Source: an uncultured Methanosarcinaceae archaeon
GTDB taxonomy: Archaea; Halobacteriota; Methanosarcinia; Methanosarcinales; Methanosarcinaceae
Direction of reading: 5' to 3'
Assembly (NCBI GenBank): GCA_963727895.1
Contig: CAVSHT010000005.1
Span: 352,001-416,000, forward strand
DNA: 64,000 nucleotides
Part shown: positions 44,316 to 55,262 of the stretch, one piece after another
Layout of the letters: every line of letters starts with the position of its first letter
Position numbering within the stretch: position 1 is the first letter of the stretch
The notes under the pieces: model-generated
The model's input: the letters and a program-made list of their open reading frames with translations, nothing else
Told to the model about the DNA's origin: nothing
Databases searched by the model: none
Made by a program: the position numbers and the translations under genes

Positions 44316-44675
44316 AATTACAAATTTTAAAAAGTTTTTGAGCCATAAATTCCATATCCGAAGATCAATTTTCCCATAATACACAAAAACTTGACTTCAA
44401 ATTTACAGCAAATTTGCGACACTGCCGCGGTTCTGGAAAACGGCGATGATTTTTGAAGATTTTGAGGATATTTTGAGCGTTTTCCAGCGATATTTATGTA
44501 TATCCAAGATCCTGATATCATGTTGTGGAGGCTCTACGAAAGCTCCAGTAACAAGCGTATCCTCGATAAGTGCCGAATTTTCATCTTGGTTCTGAGCTAT
44601 AAAGAACTATGGTTTAACTATATTATATTTAGATCCAACCAGATATATATATTTGATCAGACCCTATATACTTAC

Positions 44676-45137
44676 ATGTCAACAATTATCATAAATCGAA
44701 CCAAATACATCAATGTAAACATCCTTCCTAAAATAGATTCACTGGCTCAAGAGCGTTCTTGCACAAGATCTGATGTACTAAGAGACGTATTCTATTCAAG
44801 TTTTAAATATCCAAAACAAGAAAGAACACCTGAGCAAATTGAAGCCGACCATGAACTTGAAGCATATGATAAGCGAGAGAGAGGACGCAAGTATATAGTT
44901 GTGGCAGTTGAAGATGCTTTCCATGAAGCACTTTTTAGATATTGCATCACAAGGCGTGGTTGCAATAATAAAGCAATCGAGTATATCCTAGCTAAATATC
45001 TTCACATACCAGTAGAAGACAAAGGTTTTAGAGACGATTTTATTCGGCTGCTTTGTATTTATAGCGTCGCACAGGACAAAGGCACTGGCAAGGGCATTGT
45101 GCGGGTTAAGAAAGTATCTACTATAACTTCTTTATGA
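44676..45137 (+). CDS. Putative tandem RHH DNA-binding protein near attR
   Basis: KYINVNILPKIDSLAQERSCTRSDVLRD and a second similar unit. Confidence 0.55.
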   Translation: MSTIIINRTKYINVNILPKIDSLAQERSCTRSDVLRDVFYSSFKYPKQERTPEQIEADHELEAYDKRERGRKYIVVAVEDAFHEALFRYCITRRGCNNKAIEYILAKYLHIPVEDKGFRDDFIRLLCIYSVAQDKGTGKGIVRVKKVSTITSL

Positions 45138-45293
45138 AGCCTCTAGTCAAGCTGGCTGTTGAGCGAGGAGTAAAATACCCAACATCTTAAAAATGTTTTG
45201 ATAAATAAACTCGTTAACTTTAATCATTTTGACGCAGCTTCAAAAAACAATTGACTCCATAAAACTTATTATACAAATAAACTCAATAAGCGG

Positions 45294-45313
45294 CAGGGTT
45301 TATCAAGAACAAA
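45294..45313 (+). repeat. attR core CAGGGTTTATCAAGAACAAA
   Basis: Identical to 15972-15991. Confidence 0.9.
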
Positions 45314-45390
45314 ACCACTCAGAATTTACAGAGACAAACCTGGACCTTAGAAGCATTGGACTCTCTCGTAAGGTCAACTCAGAAAAGTAA
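45294..45390 (+). pseudogene. Displaced native 3' end of the AI-2E transporter gene
   Basis: In the transporter frame it reads RVYQEQNHSEFTETNLDLRSIGLSRKVNSEK*. Confidence 0.75.
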
Positions 45391-45666
45391 TTTCCAGAAT
45401 TAAGTGCCAGAAAGTTAGCTGAAAATTGTCGGATATCTTAGAGCTTTTCAGATAGTATCAATCGAAAGGGATTGTTTTATATCGTTGAACGATATTAGGA
45501 CTGTCATATATTCTTCTTTAATTCCTTTAATCAAGATATATTGACGATAAAGATAGCATACAATTTTATATAAATCAACCATTTGATTCAACCGAAACTG
45601 ATTCGGAATAAATTTCAAGCCGAAGTAATTCGGAACAAATTCTAGTGTGCGAACACAGGTGATAGA

Positions 45667-47574
45667 ATGCAGTTATTGCTCATTCACTCTGACTATATTG
45701 AATATGAAACCAAAAAACAAACTCCAGTTGCTGAAAAAATCGAAGAATCCTTGAAGTCTGGTAGGCTTGAAGAGGCGCTCACCGCTTTTATGGCTGTGGA
45801 AAGTGTAGATGAGGCAAATCCTGAGGAAACTATAGAAAAGACGATTTCTGAAATTGAAAAGGTAGCTTCCCAGGTCAAAACCAACCGTATAATGCTCTAT
45901 CCTTATGCTCATTTAAGTTCTGACCTTTCTTCTCCTAAAGTTGCAGTACAAGTACTGAAAGGAATAGAAACTGCCCTCTCAGGTAAATATGAAGTCAAAC
46001 GTGCTCCTTTTGGATGGTATAAGGCTTTTAGTATAAGCTGTAAGGGACATCCGCTTTCTGAACTTTCAAGGAGCATACGTCCTGAAGGAACTTCAAAGGC
46101 AGCAGGCAAAATAGAAACGTGTGGAGAAAAAGTAGAGGTTGTTTCCGAAGCTCTCAAAGCCGAAGATACTGCAAAGTCTTACTGGCGTATCCTCACACCT
46201 GATGGAGAACTTCATGAAATTGAGAATTTTGACCTTGCACCGTATCCCAAGCTTCAGCAGTTTGTAGACTATGAGATTTCCAAAAGCAGAGCTGTTGAAC
46301 GTGCTCCACCGCATGTGGAACTTATGCGGAGGCTTGAGCTTGCAGATTACGAACCAGGGTCGGACTCAGGAAACATGCGTTATTACCCAAAAGGAAGACT
46401 TGTAAAGGCTCTCCTTGAAAATTATGTTCTTGATGTCGCAACTGATTTTGGGGCAATGGAAGTTGAAACCCCTATCATGTACGACATGAACCATCCGACT
46501 CTAAAGAAATATCTGGATAGATTCCCTGCAAGACAGTATTCTATAGAATCTGACAAACGGCAGATGTTTTTACGTTTTGCAGCCTGCTTTGGGCAGTTCC
46601 TTATGAACCACGACATGACAATTTCTTATAAGAATCTGCCTCTTCGGATGATAGAAATGACTCGCTACAGTTTCAGGAGGGAACAGCGGGGAGAACTTGT
46701 AGGTTTGAGAAGGCTTCGAGCTTTTACCATGCCTGATATGCACAGTCTGTGTGAGGATATGAACCAGGCTGTGGACCAGTTCAAAAAACAGTATGACCTC
46801 TGCATTAATGTGCTTGAAAATATAGGAATTCATATTAAAGATTACGAGGTTGCTATTCGTTTTACCAGGGACTTTTACGAGTCGAATAAAGAACTTGTAG
46901 TCAACATGGCAAAGACCGTGAACAAACCTGTGCTTGTGGAGATGTGGGACACCCGTTTCTTCTACTTTGTACTCAAGTTCGAATTTAATTTTGTAGATGC
47001 CCTTGAAAAAGCCAGTGCACTTTCCACGGTTCAGATTGATGTCGAAAACGCCGAAAGATATGATATTTCTTATGTAAATCCTGACGGCAAACTGGAACGC
47101 CCAACTGTGCTTCACTGTTCTCCAAGCGGAGCAATTGAACGCTGTATTTATGCCCTTCTCGAAAAAGCTGCAATGGAAACCGAAGAAGGAAAGGTTCCAA
47201 TGCTGCCAGTGTGGCTTTCCCCTACTCAGGTCAGAATTGTGCCAATATCAGAAAAACACATCGCCTTTGCTGAAGAAGTTTCACAGAAACTGGACTGCAG
47301 AGTTGATATCGATGACCGCGATCTTTCGATAGGAAAGAAAGTAAGAGAAGCAGGAAGAGAATGGGTTCCTTACGTGGTGGTTATTGGAGATAAAGAAATC
47401 GAAGATGGTACCATCAATGTAACCATCAGAGAAGAATCTGAGCAGAATAAGCCGAAAAAAGTTCAAATCACTCCTGAAGAGCTTAATACTCGCGTTAGAA
47501 GTGAGATAACAGGAAAACCGTATAGAAAATTGCCACTCGCAAAATACCTTTCTATAAGGCCAAAGTTCTTGTAA
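45667..47574 (+). CDS. thrS: Threonine--tRNA ligase, archaeal type with N-terminal editing domain
   Basis: [64 protein letters not shown]. Confidence 0.97.
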   Translation: MQLLLIHSDYIEYETKKQTPVAEKIEESLKSGRLEEALTAFMAVESVDEANPEETIEKTISEIEKVASQVKTNRIMLYPYAHLSSDLSSPKVAVQVLKGIETALSGKYEVKRAPFGWYKAFSISCKGHPLSELSRSIRPEGTSKAAGKIETCGEKVEVVSEALKAEDTAKSYWRILTPDGELHEIENFDLAPYPKLQQFVDYEISKSRAVERAPPHVELMRRLELADYEPGSDSGNMRYYPKGRLVKALLENYVLDVATDFGAMEVETPIMYDMNHPTLKKYLDRFPARQYSIESDKRQMFLRFAACFGQFLMNHDMTISYKNLPLRMIEMTRYSFRREQRGELVGLRRLRAFTMPDMHSLCEDMNQAVDQFKKQYDLCINVLENIGIHIKDYEVAIRFTRDFYESNKELVVNMAKTVNKPVLVEMWDTRFFYFVLKFEFNFVDALEKASALSTVQIDVENAERYDISYVNPDGKLERPTVLHCSPSGAIERCIYALLEKAAMETEEGKVPMLPVWLSPTQVRIVPISEKHIAFAEEVSQKLDCRVDIDDRDLSIGKKVREAGREWVPYVVVIGDKEIEDGTINVTIREESEQNKPKKVQITPEELNTRVRSEITGKPYRKLPLAKYLSIRPKFL

Positions 47575-48003
47575 ACCTTTCAGCCTTCAAAAATATTTCA
47601 AATAAGAGTTGTTGAAAACCGCCAGAAGAAACGAAATTCATTATCTACCTGTTTCTTCTGGTTTTTTACATAACAGATAACTTTTTAGCATAACATATAT
47701 ATTGACGTAATTCTTATTATTGAAAAAAGATTCCTTTTCAATAAAAGCAATTCTAGGTTTTTTCTTATCCGCTTCTGGATGAAAAGATCCTGATTTATGT
47801 ATTTTGGCATATAAAGTTTTTACTAAATGAAATTTTTATTAATCGTTTGTAAATTATGGGGATTCACTTCTTATTAAATTTACAATTACATAAAGCATTT
47901 TCTTTTATATGGCTATACCAGTTACCCAGAAACCTCTTGTAAGGCACTTTCTGGTTTTGATATATCTAAATTTTACAGTGATAAGTATAAGGACAGCGTA
48001 TTA

Positions 48004-50190
48004 ATGACAAATTTAAATGAGATAGCGGTCGATATGGAAACTGTCGAGCTTGAGCCCTTGAGAGAAGATAAAAAGGAAATCTTTGAGAATATTATCAAGT
48101 ATCTTGAGACCAATCAAAGAGGCTATATTAAGGTTCCTACAGGCTGGGGTAAGACTTTTCTTTCGAAACACATAATGAAAAAGTACTATGCCGAAGGAAA
48201 AATTGTGCTTTTCCTTGTCTCGAAAAATAACCCCCTTCTTAGCCAGACTTTTCATGACAGGAAGAAAAATAGACCCCTTTTTCCCAATAGCACGCTTCTC
48301 TCTTCCGAACATAAGATAAACAAAAAAGAAATTGCTGAAGCTTTGAAGGCTTTCGGCAAGAGAAAGAATGAAGGTTTTGTACTTTTTGCCTCTCTGCAGA
48401 CCTTACTTGGAAAACAGAGCTCTGAGATCAAAGATCTAGTTCTTGAACTTACTGATCTTGCTATCGTGGATGAAATCCACAATTTCATTAACAATCGAGG
48501 GAACGATTTCCTCAACGAATTCGGAGAAAGGACAAAAGTCCTGGGAATGACTGCAACTCCATTCCAGGGTGTTGTCGGAAATGTCAAGTTTGTGGATGAA
48601 ATTTCAGGGGACATGAGGGAAGTCTACGCAAAAACCCTTCCTGAATGCATTCTGGACGATGAGCTTGCACACCTTAAATATACTATTACTGAAAGCTCAG
48701 AAGATATTTTTGAGATATTTGATTTTGAAAAAGGGCTTGATGAGCTTGATAAACAGGATCTTTTCCTTGACTGCAGCACGCCTGATAGATTGAAAAAAGT
48801 AATTCGAAGAACCCAGCTTGCAAAAGATGTCTATGACTCAATGATAAAACATAAGTATGCAAAAACACTCGTTTTTTGTGCTCCAGTGAGAAAGCGTGTT
48901 TATGGCATAGGGGCAGATGACGAAGAAATTAATGCTTTTCATGCAAAACTTACCTCTTCTGTCTTCAATGGAGAAATTTCAGTCCCGAAATCCGAAAAGA
49001 ACTTTGAGCCTGTTTTACCCACCAGTTTTGAGAATTATACCCCTGAAGGGGATTTTCGAGATACGGTTTATATAAGCTCTGAACTGCGCAAGGATGAACA
49101 AAATGCTATTCTCACAGCTTTCAGAGAAATGGGAAAACCTCCTTATGTCCTTTGTACTGTAGGCATGTTAATTGAGGGTTTTGACTTTCCGGGACTTGAA
49201 GCCCTTATTTTGCTGCGTCCAACCTTAAGTATGCGGCTCTTTGAACAGCAGGTTGGAAGAGTTACCAGGCTTTCGCCTGTTTCAGGAAAACAAAATGGAA
49301 ATATCTTTGAGATATCAGACAATATCGACTCTCTCTACCAGCGCTTTGGAGAAGGTGTTTTTTCAGGAGAAAAAGTCGACCAGGTTCAAATGCTCCAGCC
49401 TGAGATTCGTCTTGAAGAGTTGTTCTCAGAAGGAGGTGCAGCCCGGGCAATTGAAGAAGGAAAGATCGAAATTAAGAAAGTGGAACTTGGACCTCGCAGA
49501 AGAGGAAGAGGAAAAGGTGCTCAAATAAGGGAGATTCCGGTAAGGATTCCTCCTACTTCTATCAGGGCAAAATATTTCTCACGCCTGCTTGAACTTACTG
49601 AGGAGAAGGATATCGGAGCTTTTGAGCGAGAAAAACGGGAACTTATGCAGGCTACCTCGAGATTCAGGGTTAGAGAAAATAGAGATGCAGAAGATCTTGC
49701 AGATCTTTCAGGCAATATAAATAGACTTAAGCGAGAAGCTTATGAAGATCACAGACTAGGAGACGTTTCAAGACGACACAAACCCAAGGTTTTCGGCGAG
49801 GTTGAATGGTTGCTAAAACTTCAAGCTTTGAATTCCCTCAAGTATGAAGGCGGACATCTCTCAATGCCTGAGAAAAACAGGATCTTAAGAACTCTTGGTT
49901 TTGAACCAGATTTCCGGAAGATAGACAACCACAGGCTTAAATGTCTGAAACTAGGCTCAGCCCAGAAGACTATTCCCGAACTTGTAAAAGTGCTTGGGTT
50001 TGTAAGCCGCCTTTCATCTTCGGAAACCTACCAGTTCCTTGACAAAAAGAAAAAAGAACAATGGAAAAGAGAATTTCTACCTGCGGTTTACTGGGGTTTC
50101 TGTTTTATCAAAGATTCTCCCGAATTGCAGGAGCTTTTTGAGTCTACAGAATGGGACAGACGGGTCAAAAACATAATAAGACAGAAATAA
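48004..50190 (+). CDS. Superfamily 2 DEAD/DEAH-box helicase
   Basis: PTGWGKT, DEIH, GMTATP, EGFDFP, QQVGRVTR. Confidence 0.9.
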   Translation: MTNLNEIAVDMETVELEPLREDKKEIFENIIKYLETNQRGYIKVPTGWGKTFLSKHIMKKYYAEGKIVLFLVSKNNPLLSQTFHDRKKNRPLFPNSTLLSSEHKINKKEIAEALKAFGKRKNEGFVLFASLQTLLGKQSSEIKDLVLELTDLAIVDEIHNFINNRGNDFLNEFGERTKVLGMTATPFQGVVGNVKFVDEISGDMREVYAKTLPECILDDELAHLKYTITESSEDIFEIFDFEKGLDELDKQDLFLDCSTPDRLKKVIRRTQLAKDVYDSMIKHKYAKTLVFCAPVRKRVYGIGADDEEINAFHAKLTSSVFNGEISVPKSEKNFEPVLPTSFENYTPEGDFRDTVYISSELRKDEQNAILTAFREMGKPPYVLCTVGMLIEGFDFPGLEALILLRPTLSMRLFEQQVGRVTRLSPVSGKQNGNIFEISDNIDSLYQRFGEGVFSGEKVDQVQMLQPEIRLEELFSEGGAARAIEEGKIEIKKVELGPRRRGRGKGAQIREIPVRIPPTSIRAKYFSRLLELTEEKDIGAFEREKRELMQATSRFRVRENRDAEDLADLSGNINRLKREAYEDHRLGDVSRRHKPKVFGEVEWLLKLQALNSLKYEGGHLSMPEKNRILRTLGFEPDFRKIDNHRLKCLKLGSAQKTIPELVKVLGFVSRLSSSETYQFLDKKKKEQWKREFLPAVYWGFCFIKDSPELQELFESTEWDRRVKNIIRQK

Positions 50191-50380
50191 TTTCGTAAAA
50201 AATGAATTTTGGGAGATTAGTTCTCTCTCATTTTATATTTGTTTTTAATATTTAATTAACTTTAACTCATTTTTTAAAGAAGAATCTGAAAAGAACCTCA
50301 CGTTTTCTCAGAAAATGATAATTAGGTGAGAAACAAAAATGTGTAAACTAGACTTTTATACGTATAAGCAATCCTATAAA

Positions 50381-51415
50381 TTATTTTACCCTATATACAC
50401 CACCAGTTCCTTTTTCGTTTGTTGTATAAAGTTCTCCTTCCAGTATATTGTTTGTACTGTTTAAATCATAGACTACTTTAATTTCAGTATTAGGATCTGC
50501 AGTGTTACCTTTTAAAGTATTATTTTGAGAATGAGCAAGTGCGACTGAAAACGAGTATCCACGTTTCACAATAGTATTATTTAAAACTTTATTATTATTT
50601 GAATTTTCAAGAATAAGGCTGAAATAGTTATCTAAAATAGAGTTATTATTTAGCTCATTGTTAGAAGAATTATTAAGGTTTAAACCTTCCCATAATCCTG
50701 ATATGGAATTACTCATCAATTTGTTGTCATTTGAATTTTCTAAATAAATTCCCCATGCTCCATTATTAAATCCAACAAATATTCCAACACCTGAAACATT
50801 ATTACTACGTAGTTGATTATTATTAGAAGCCTTTAGATAAATTCCAAATGAATTGTTATTCACTTCATTATTATCTAGAGTATTCCTAGTTGAATTATTG
50901 ATGAAAACGCCATTCATGTTATAGCCTAATTTATTTCCTGTTATGTTGCTATCAGAACCACTACAATAGATACCAGATTTATTCTGTGATCCCGTAATAT
51001 TGAATCCGCTGATTGTTACGTTGTTTGCGGTTATATGAAATACATCTTCTTCTGGATTTGCAGCCTGAATCACAGTATCTGCAGATTTACCTTGTTTCGA
51101 GACTATAGATAAAGGCTTATCTACTATCAAATTTTCCTTATATACCCTTGGGTAAACCAAAACAGTACCATAAGAATTAACATTGTTGATTTTTTGTTGA
51201 ATTGAATCTTCTGGGTAAACAATAACAGTATCACCATAACTAGCATTACTGACGTTCTTTTGTATTAAATCTCCAGAGTGTATATTGGCATCAGTTGAGT
51301 TATTACAAAAATTACCGATACTGTAGGGATATTGTCCATTGCTTTCGAAATAAAAAATAAAAATTAGTGAAATGGCAAAAATAAACAACAATATAACTAT
51401 TTTTACATATTCCAT
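50381..51415 (-). CDS. NosD/CASH parallel beta-helix surface protein
   Basis: N-terminal TM, DSIQ..IN, YKENLIVDK, GIYL..SNNN repeats. Confidence 0.85.
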   Translation of the reverse strand: MEYVKIVILLFIFAISLIFIFYFESNGQYPYSIGNFCNNSTDANIHSGDLIQKNVSNASYGDTVIVYPEDSIQQKINNVNSYGTVLVYPRVYKENLIVDKPLSIVSKQGKSADTVIQAANPEEDVFHITANNVTISGFNITGSQNKSGIYCSGSDSNITGNKLGYNMNGVFINNSTRNTLDNNEVNNNSFGIYLKASNNNQLRSNNVSGVGIFVGFNNGAWGIYLENSNDNKLMSNSISGLWEGLNLNNSSNNELNNNSILDNYFSLILENSNNNKVLNNTIVKRGYSFSVALAHSQNNTLKGNTADPNTEIKVVYDLNSTNNILEGELYTTNEKGTGGVYRVK

Positions 51416-51636
51416 ATAACTCTAATACTTAATATAAATTAGTTAATTGTTTAAAAATTTTATGTGTTAAATCTCAAAACCATTTTATCAATAAAAATTT
51501 AAAGGATTGAAATTCTTAATTGAAAGACAGTAAAAAGTTATAACAAAATTAAGTAGAAATGTATGGAGCAATCTATTATTATTCAAACATGTATCTTCAC
51601 TACTAAACTAGTATTCAAAAAAGTAGGATTTTATTT

Positions 51637-52206
51637 TTACTGGTCTTTAAGATATTCAAAAGTCCAAATAGGAATTCCTTTTACATCTCCTTTTTCAAGA
51701 TGCTCCATCTCATGAGCTGTGCTATATGCCAGCGTACCTTTCAGTTGTATGCGTTTTTTCTTTAGCTCCTTGACAGTTATTTTCCTGAGCTCCGGGTTTA
51801 CTTCTGCAAATATGATATTTTTAGCCTGCACGGTTATTAAGTAGGGTCTTTCAACTAAATCTCTTTCCTCTTTTGTCCCACATTTATCGAGCCTGCGGAT
51901 TACTCCTTCTTCCGCGATGATTTCAGGATCGATAAAAAGGTATATCTTTTCCAGAGTATAGCCAGTCCTGTTTTCCTCATTATAATAAGTAATCACATCC
52001 TTTACTGCAATGCTTTTTGCCTCTTCAGTGGCATAACTCCATGAGCCTCCAGATTTCAATGAAAGCAGAAAAGGAAGAAACAGATCTCCCTGAATTCCAA
52101 AACTTGAGGTCATATTTTTTTCTAGGGCTGAAAACCTGAAGATTGCTCTAATTTCTTCGGCATCCATATTTATACTCTCGTTATCCATATTCTCATTTCC
52201 TTCCAT
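51637..52206 (-). CDS. Peptide-deformylase-like metalloprotein
   Basis: DKCG and AHEMEHL..G recall the PDF EGC and HExDH motifs; the first PDF motif is not evident. Confidence 0.5.
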   Translation of the reverse strand: MEGNENMDNESINMDAEEIRAIFRFSALEKNMTSSFGIQGDLFLPFLLSLKSGGSWSYATEEAKSIAVKDVITYYNEENRTGYTLEKIYLFIDPEIIAEEGVIRRLDKCGTKEERDLVERPYLITVQAKNIIFAEVNPELRKITVKELKKKRIQLKGTLAYSTAHEMEHLEKGDVKGIPIWTFEYLKDQ

Positions 52207-52340
52207 AATAGCTTGAGTCTAGAAGCCTATTTAATTTTACTTTCTAGCCTAAACATGTCAAAGTTTCTCGCCAAAGCTCTGCATTTTGGCAGAATACAAA
52301 GAAAATTCTATCCAATTAGATATCCTATTCGATATTATAC

Positions 52341-53217
52341 TAAGAGCCTATCCGAAAATTATTTTGATTCCTATGAATTGAATGTTTGGTAGTGACAAAA
52401 CGAAAAACGGTACAGGACTACAAGATACCTTTTGAATTCTGGAATAAAATCAAACCATTATTACCCCTGTCCAAATCTAAAAAGAAGCCTGGAAGACCTC
52501 TTGCAGATGATTGGAAAATCTGTATCGGTATTTTTTATGTCCTTCGTACTGGCTGCCAATGGAAAGCACTGCCAAGAAGTTATGGAGTCCCAAGTACCGT
52601 GCATGATCGATTCCAAGAGTGGCAGAAAGATGGCTTATTTGAAAGAATGTGGCAAGCTGGTCTGCTGGATTATGATAATGAAAAAGGGATAGATTGGGAA
52701 TGGCAAGCAATTGATGGAGCTATGACAAAAGCACCATTAGGTGGAGCTGGAACAGGTGCTAATCCTACTGATCGAGGCAAAAAAGGTACAAAAAGAAGTT
52801 TATCAACTGATGCAAAAGGCATACCTCTTTCTATTGTAACGGATGGAGTTAATCATCAAGATAAAATGCTTGTAAAAAAGACATTAGGCGCCATAATTTT
52901 AGAAAGATCTTCTCTATACGAGGGAATCCAAAATATATGTATGGATAAGGGATATGATTATCCTGATACCAGAGAGTTGGTTAAAGATTATGGTTATACT
53001 GCCCATATAAAGAGCCGGGGAGACGAAAAAATAAGAATAGATATTCCAGGGTTTAGAGCAAGAAGATAGGTTGTAGAAAGGACACATTCTTGGATAAACA
53101 GATTCAGAAGACTCCTTCTCATATGGGAAAAGAAAATTGAGAATTACCTTGCTATGCTACATTTAGCATGTGCATGCATAACTTTCAGAGCAGCAGGACT
53201 TTTCGGATAGGATCTTA
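52341..53217 (+). mobile_element. IS5-family element; transposase 52386-53210 with in-frame TAG at 53067-53069
   Basis: IRs TAAGAGCCTATCCGAAAA / TTTTCGGATAGGATCTTA; LRTGCQW, AIDG, MDKGYD, RR*VVERTHSW. Confidence 0.88.
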
Positions 53218-53612
53218 TAATAAACTGTTATCGTAAATAGGCTTAAGATGGAAGGACGAAAAGAAGAAATGAGAGAGAAATGACGGAAAAATATTAGCAA
53301 AACTCGTCACATTTACCAGAATTTTCTTAGCAATACGCAGCACACTGATTACAATTTTAGTTTTTTCAAATAATTATTGATTTTGTTTTCTCTTTTTATA
53401 ATGTCAGTTTTTAGCCTAAAAACTTACAAGGGATAAGAACATTTTAGCATAGAAAATTCGTATTTTACCTATGCGAATGCAAACTCAAATATTGCATATG
53501 GTCTAAATAAACTTGTTTCTTTCCATAACCAACATTCAACGCAAAAATCCTATAAGAAACACATTAGGCACTTTTCTCAGGTTTTGAGGATATCGATTTA
53601 AATAGGTGTTAC

Positions 53613-54469
53613 GGTTCTGTTGCAAAAAATCATAATAAGGATTCAATTGAATAAGAAGAAAATCAATAGAACGATAATATGCTATCTAATTCCTTTAAGT
53701 GGAAACATTACGAAGGAGAAATCATTTTATTAAACGTCAGATGGTACCTAAAATATCCAGTAAGTTATAGAAATTTAGAGGAAATGATGGCAGAGAGGGG
53801 AGTAGAAGTTGATCATAGTACTATCATGAGATGGGTACATCAATACTCTCCTGAAATCGAAAAGAAGGTAAGAAGGCATTTAAGACCAACAAACGACTCT
53901 TGGAGAGTTGATGAAACTTACATCAGAGTTAAAGGTAAATGGAAATATTTTTACCGAGCAGTTGACTCAAATGGAGATACAATTGATTTCATGTTAAGTG
54001 CAAAACGAGATCAAAAAGCAGCAAAACGTTTCTTTAAGAAAGCTTTGAATTCTAATCATAATCAAATTCCAAGAGTAATCACAGTTGATAAAAATCCAGC
54101 TTATCCACCTGCTATAGATAAACTGAAAAATGATAAAATACTACCTATAAACGTAGGCATTCGACAAATCAAGTATTTGAATAACATTATAGAACAAGAT
54201 CATAGATCCATTAAACGAATAGTTAATCCAATGTTAGGATTTCAGTCTTTTAACACAGCTATTAAGACTTTAAAAGGAATTGAAGCTATGAATATGATTA
54301 AAAAAGGACAAATCAAAAACCTAAATTACTCTGGCTTTAATGAAGCTAAATATATTAATCAATTATTTGGAATAGTTCTATAATATTGACACATCTTTTT
54401 GAATATTTGTACTTTTGTTTATTGATTATGGATTTACATGCTTATTCTGAGATTTTTTGCAACGGAACC
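53613..54469 (+). mobile_element. IS6-family insertion sequence matching 4221-5077
   Basis: Same TIRs and length; identical 234-aa transposase. Confidence 0.95.
53679..54383 (+). CDS. IS6-family DDE transposase
   Basis: Protein identical to 4307-5011. Confidence 0.95.
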   Translation: MLSNSFKWKHYEGEIILLNVRWYLKYPVSYRNLEEMMAERGVEVDHSTIMRWVHQYSPEIEKKVRRHLRPTNDSWRVDETYIRVKGKWKYFYRAVDSNGDTIDFMLSAKRDQKAAKRFFKKALNSNHNQIPRVITVDKNPAYPPAIDKLKNDKILPINVGIRQIKYLNNIIEQDHRSIKRIVNPMLGFQSFNTAIKTLKGIEAMNMIKKGQIKNLNYSGFNEAKYINQLFGIVL

Positions 54470-55260
54470 AATTAATATGTAAGGATGGATCATTCCTATG
54501 GACGCGTGTAAATGCTAAATCCCTTTTTGATAAGGATGGAAAGTTTATGGGCGTTATGAGCATGCTCACTGATATTACTGAACGTAAAAAAGCTGAAAAA
54601 GCTATGGCAAATTTTGAGATTGCACGCAAACAGGAAATTCACCACAGAATCAAAAATAACCTCCAGGTAATATCCTCGCTTCTCGACCTTCAGGCTGAGA
54701 AGTTCGATAATCCAAAAGTTATTGAGGCTTTCAGGGAAAGCCAGAACCGGATTATATCTATGGCTCTTATCCACGAAGAGCTTTATAAAGGTGAAGAAAC
54801 CGATACATTGGACTTTTCCACATACATTATCGAGTTAGCTGAAAACCTTTTCCAGACATATAGATTTAGTAGCAAAAATATCCATCTGAGCATGGATCTG
54901 GAAGAGAATGCGTTTTTTGATATGGATACTGCTGTCCCATTAGGGATAATTGTTAATGAACTTGTTTCTAATTCTCTCAAACATGCATTTCCCGGCAGAG
55001 ATGAAGGAGTAATCCAAATCAAACTCCGTAGAGAAGAAAATGAAGAACGCAAAAAGGAAAGCAATGAAAGTACTAGTCTTACTCTGACCGTTTCAGACAA
55101 TGGCGTGGGCATTTCAGAAAACCTTTATTTGGAAAATCCCAACAGTCTTGGGATACAGCTGATAACCACCCTTGTAGATCAATTAGATGGGAAACTTGAA
55201 CTGAAAAGAAATAATGGAACTGAATTCGCTATAAGGTTCACAGTAACAAAAGAAAAATAA
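54470..55260 (+). pseudogene. C-terminal part (PAC + HisKA_2 + HATPase) of the kinase split by IS6
   Basis: EIHHRIKNNLQ, NELVSNSLKHAF, DNGVG, SLGIQL; starts with the AATTAATA duplication. Confidence 0.9.
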
Positions 55261-55262
55261 AC

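Larger units (their letters stand above)
15972..45313 (+). mobile_element. Integrated element (provirus or integrated plasmid), ~29.3 kb
   Basis: 20-bp direct repeats at both ends, adjacent tyrosine integrase, replication module, displaced host 3' end after attR. Confidence 0.9.

Noticed and set aside
45673..47466. Numerous short antisense ORFs over thrS (likewise over the helicase, U32, MFS and kinase genes)
   Set aside because: Shadow ORFs overlapping confidently identified genes.
48004..50190. Helicase as a restriction or defence system
   Set aside because: No adjacent methylase or nuclease; it lies outside the att sites next to thrS.
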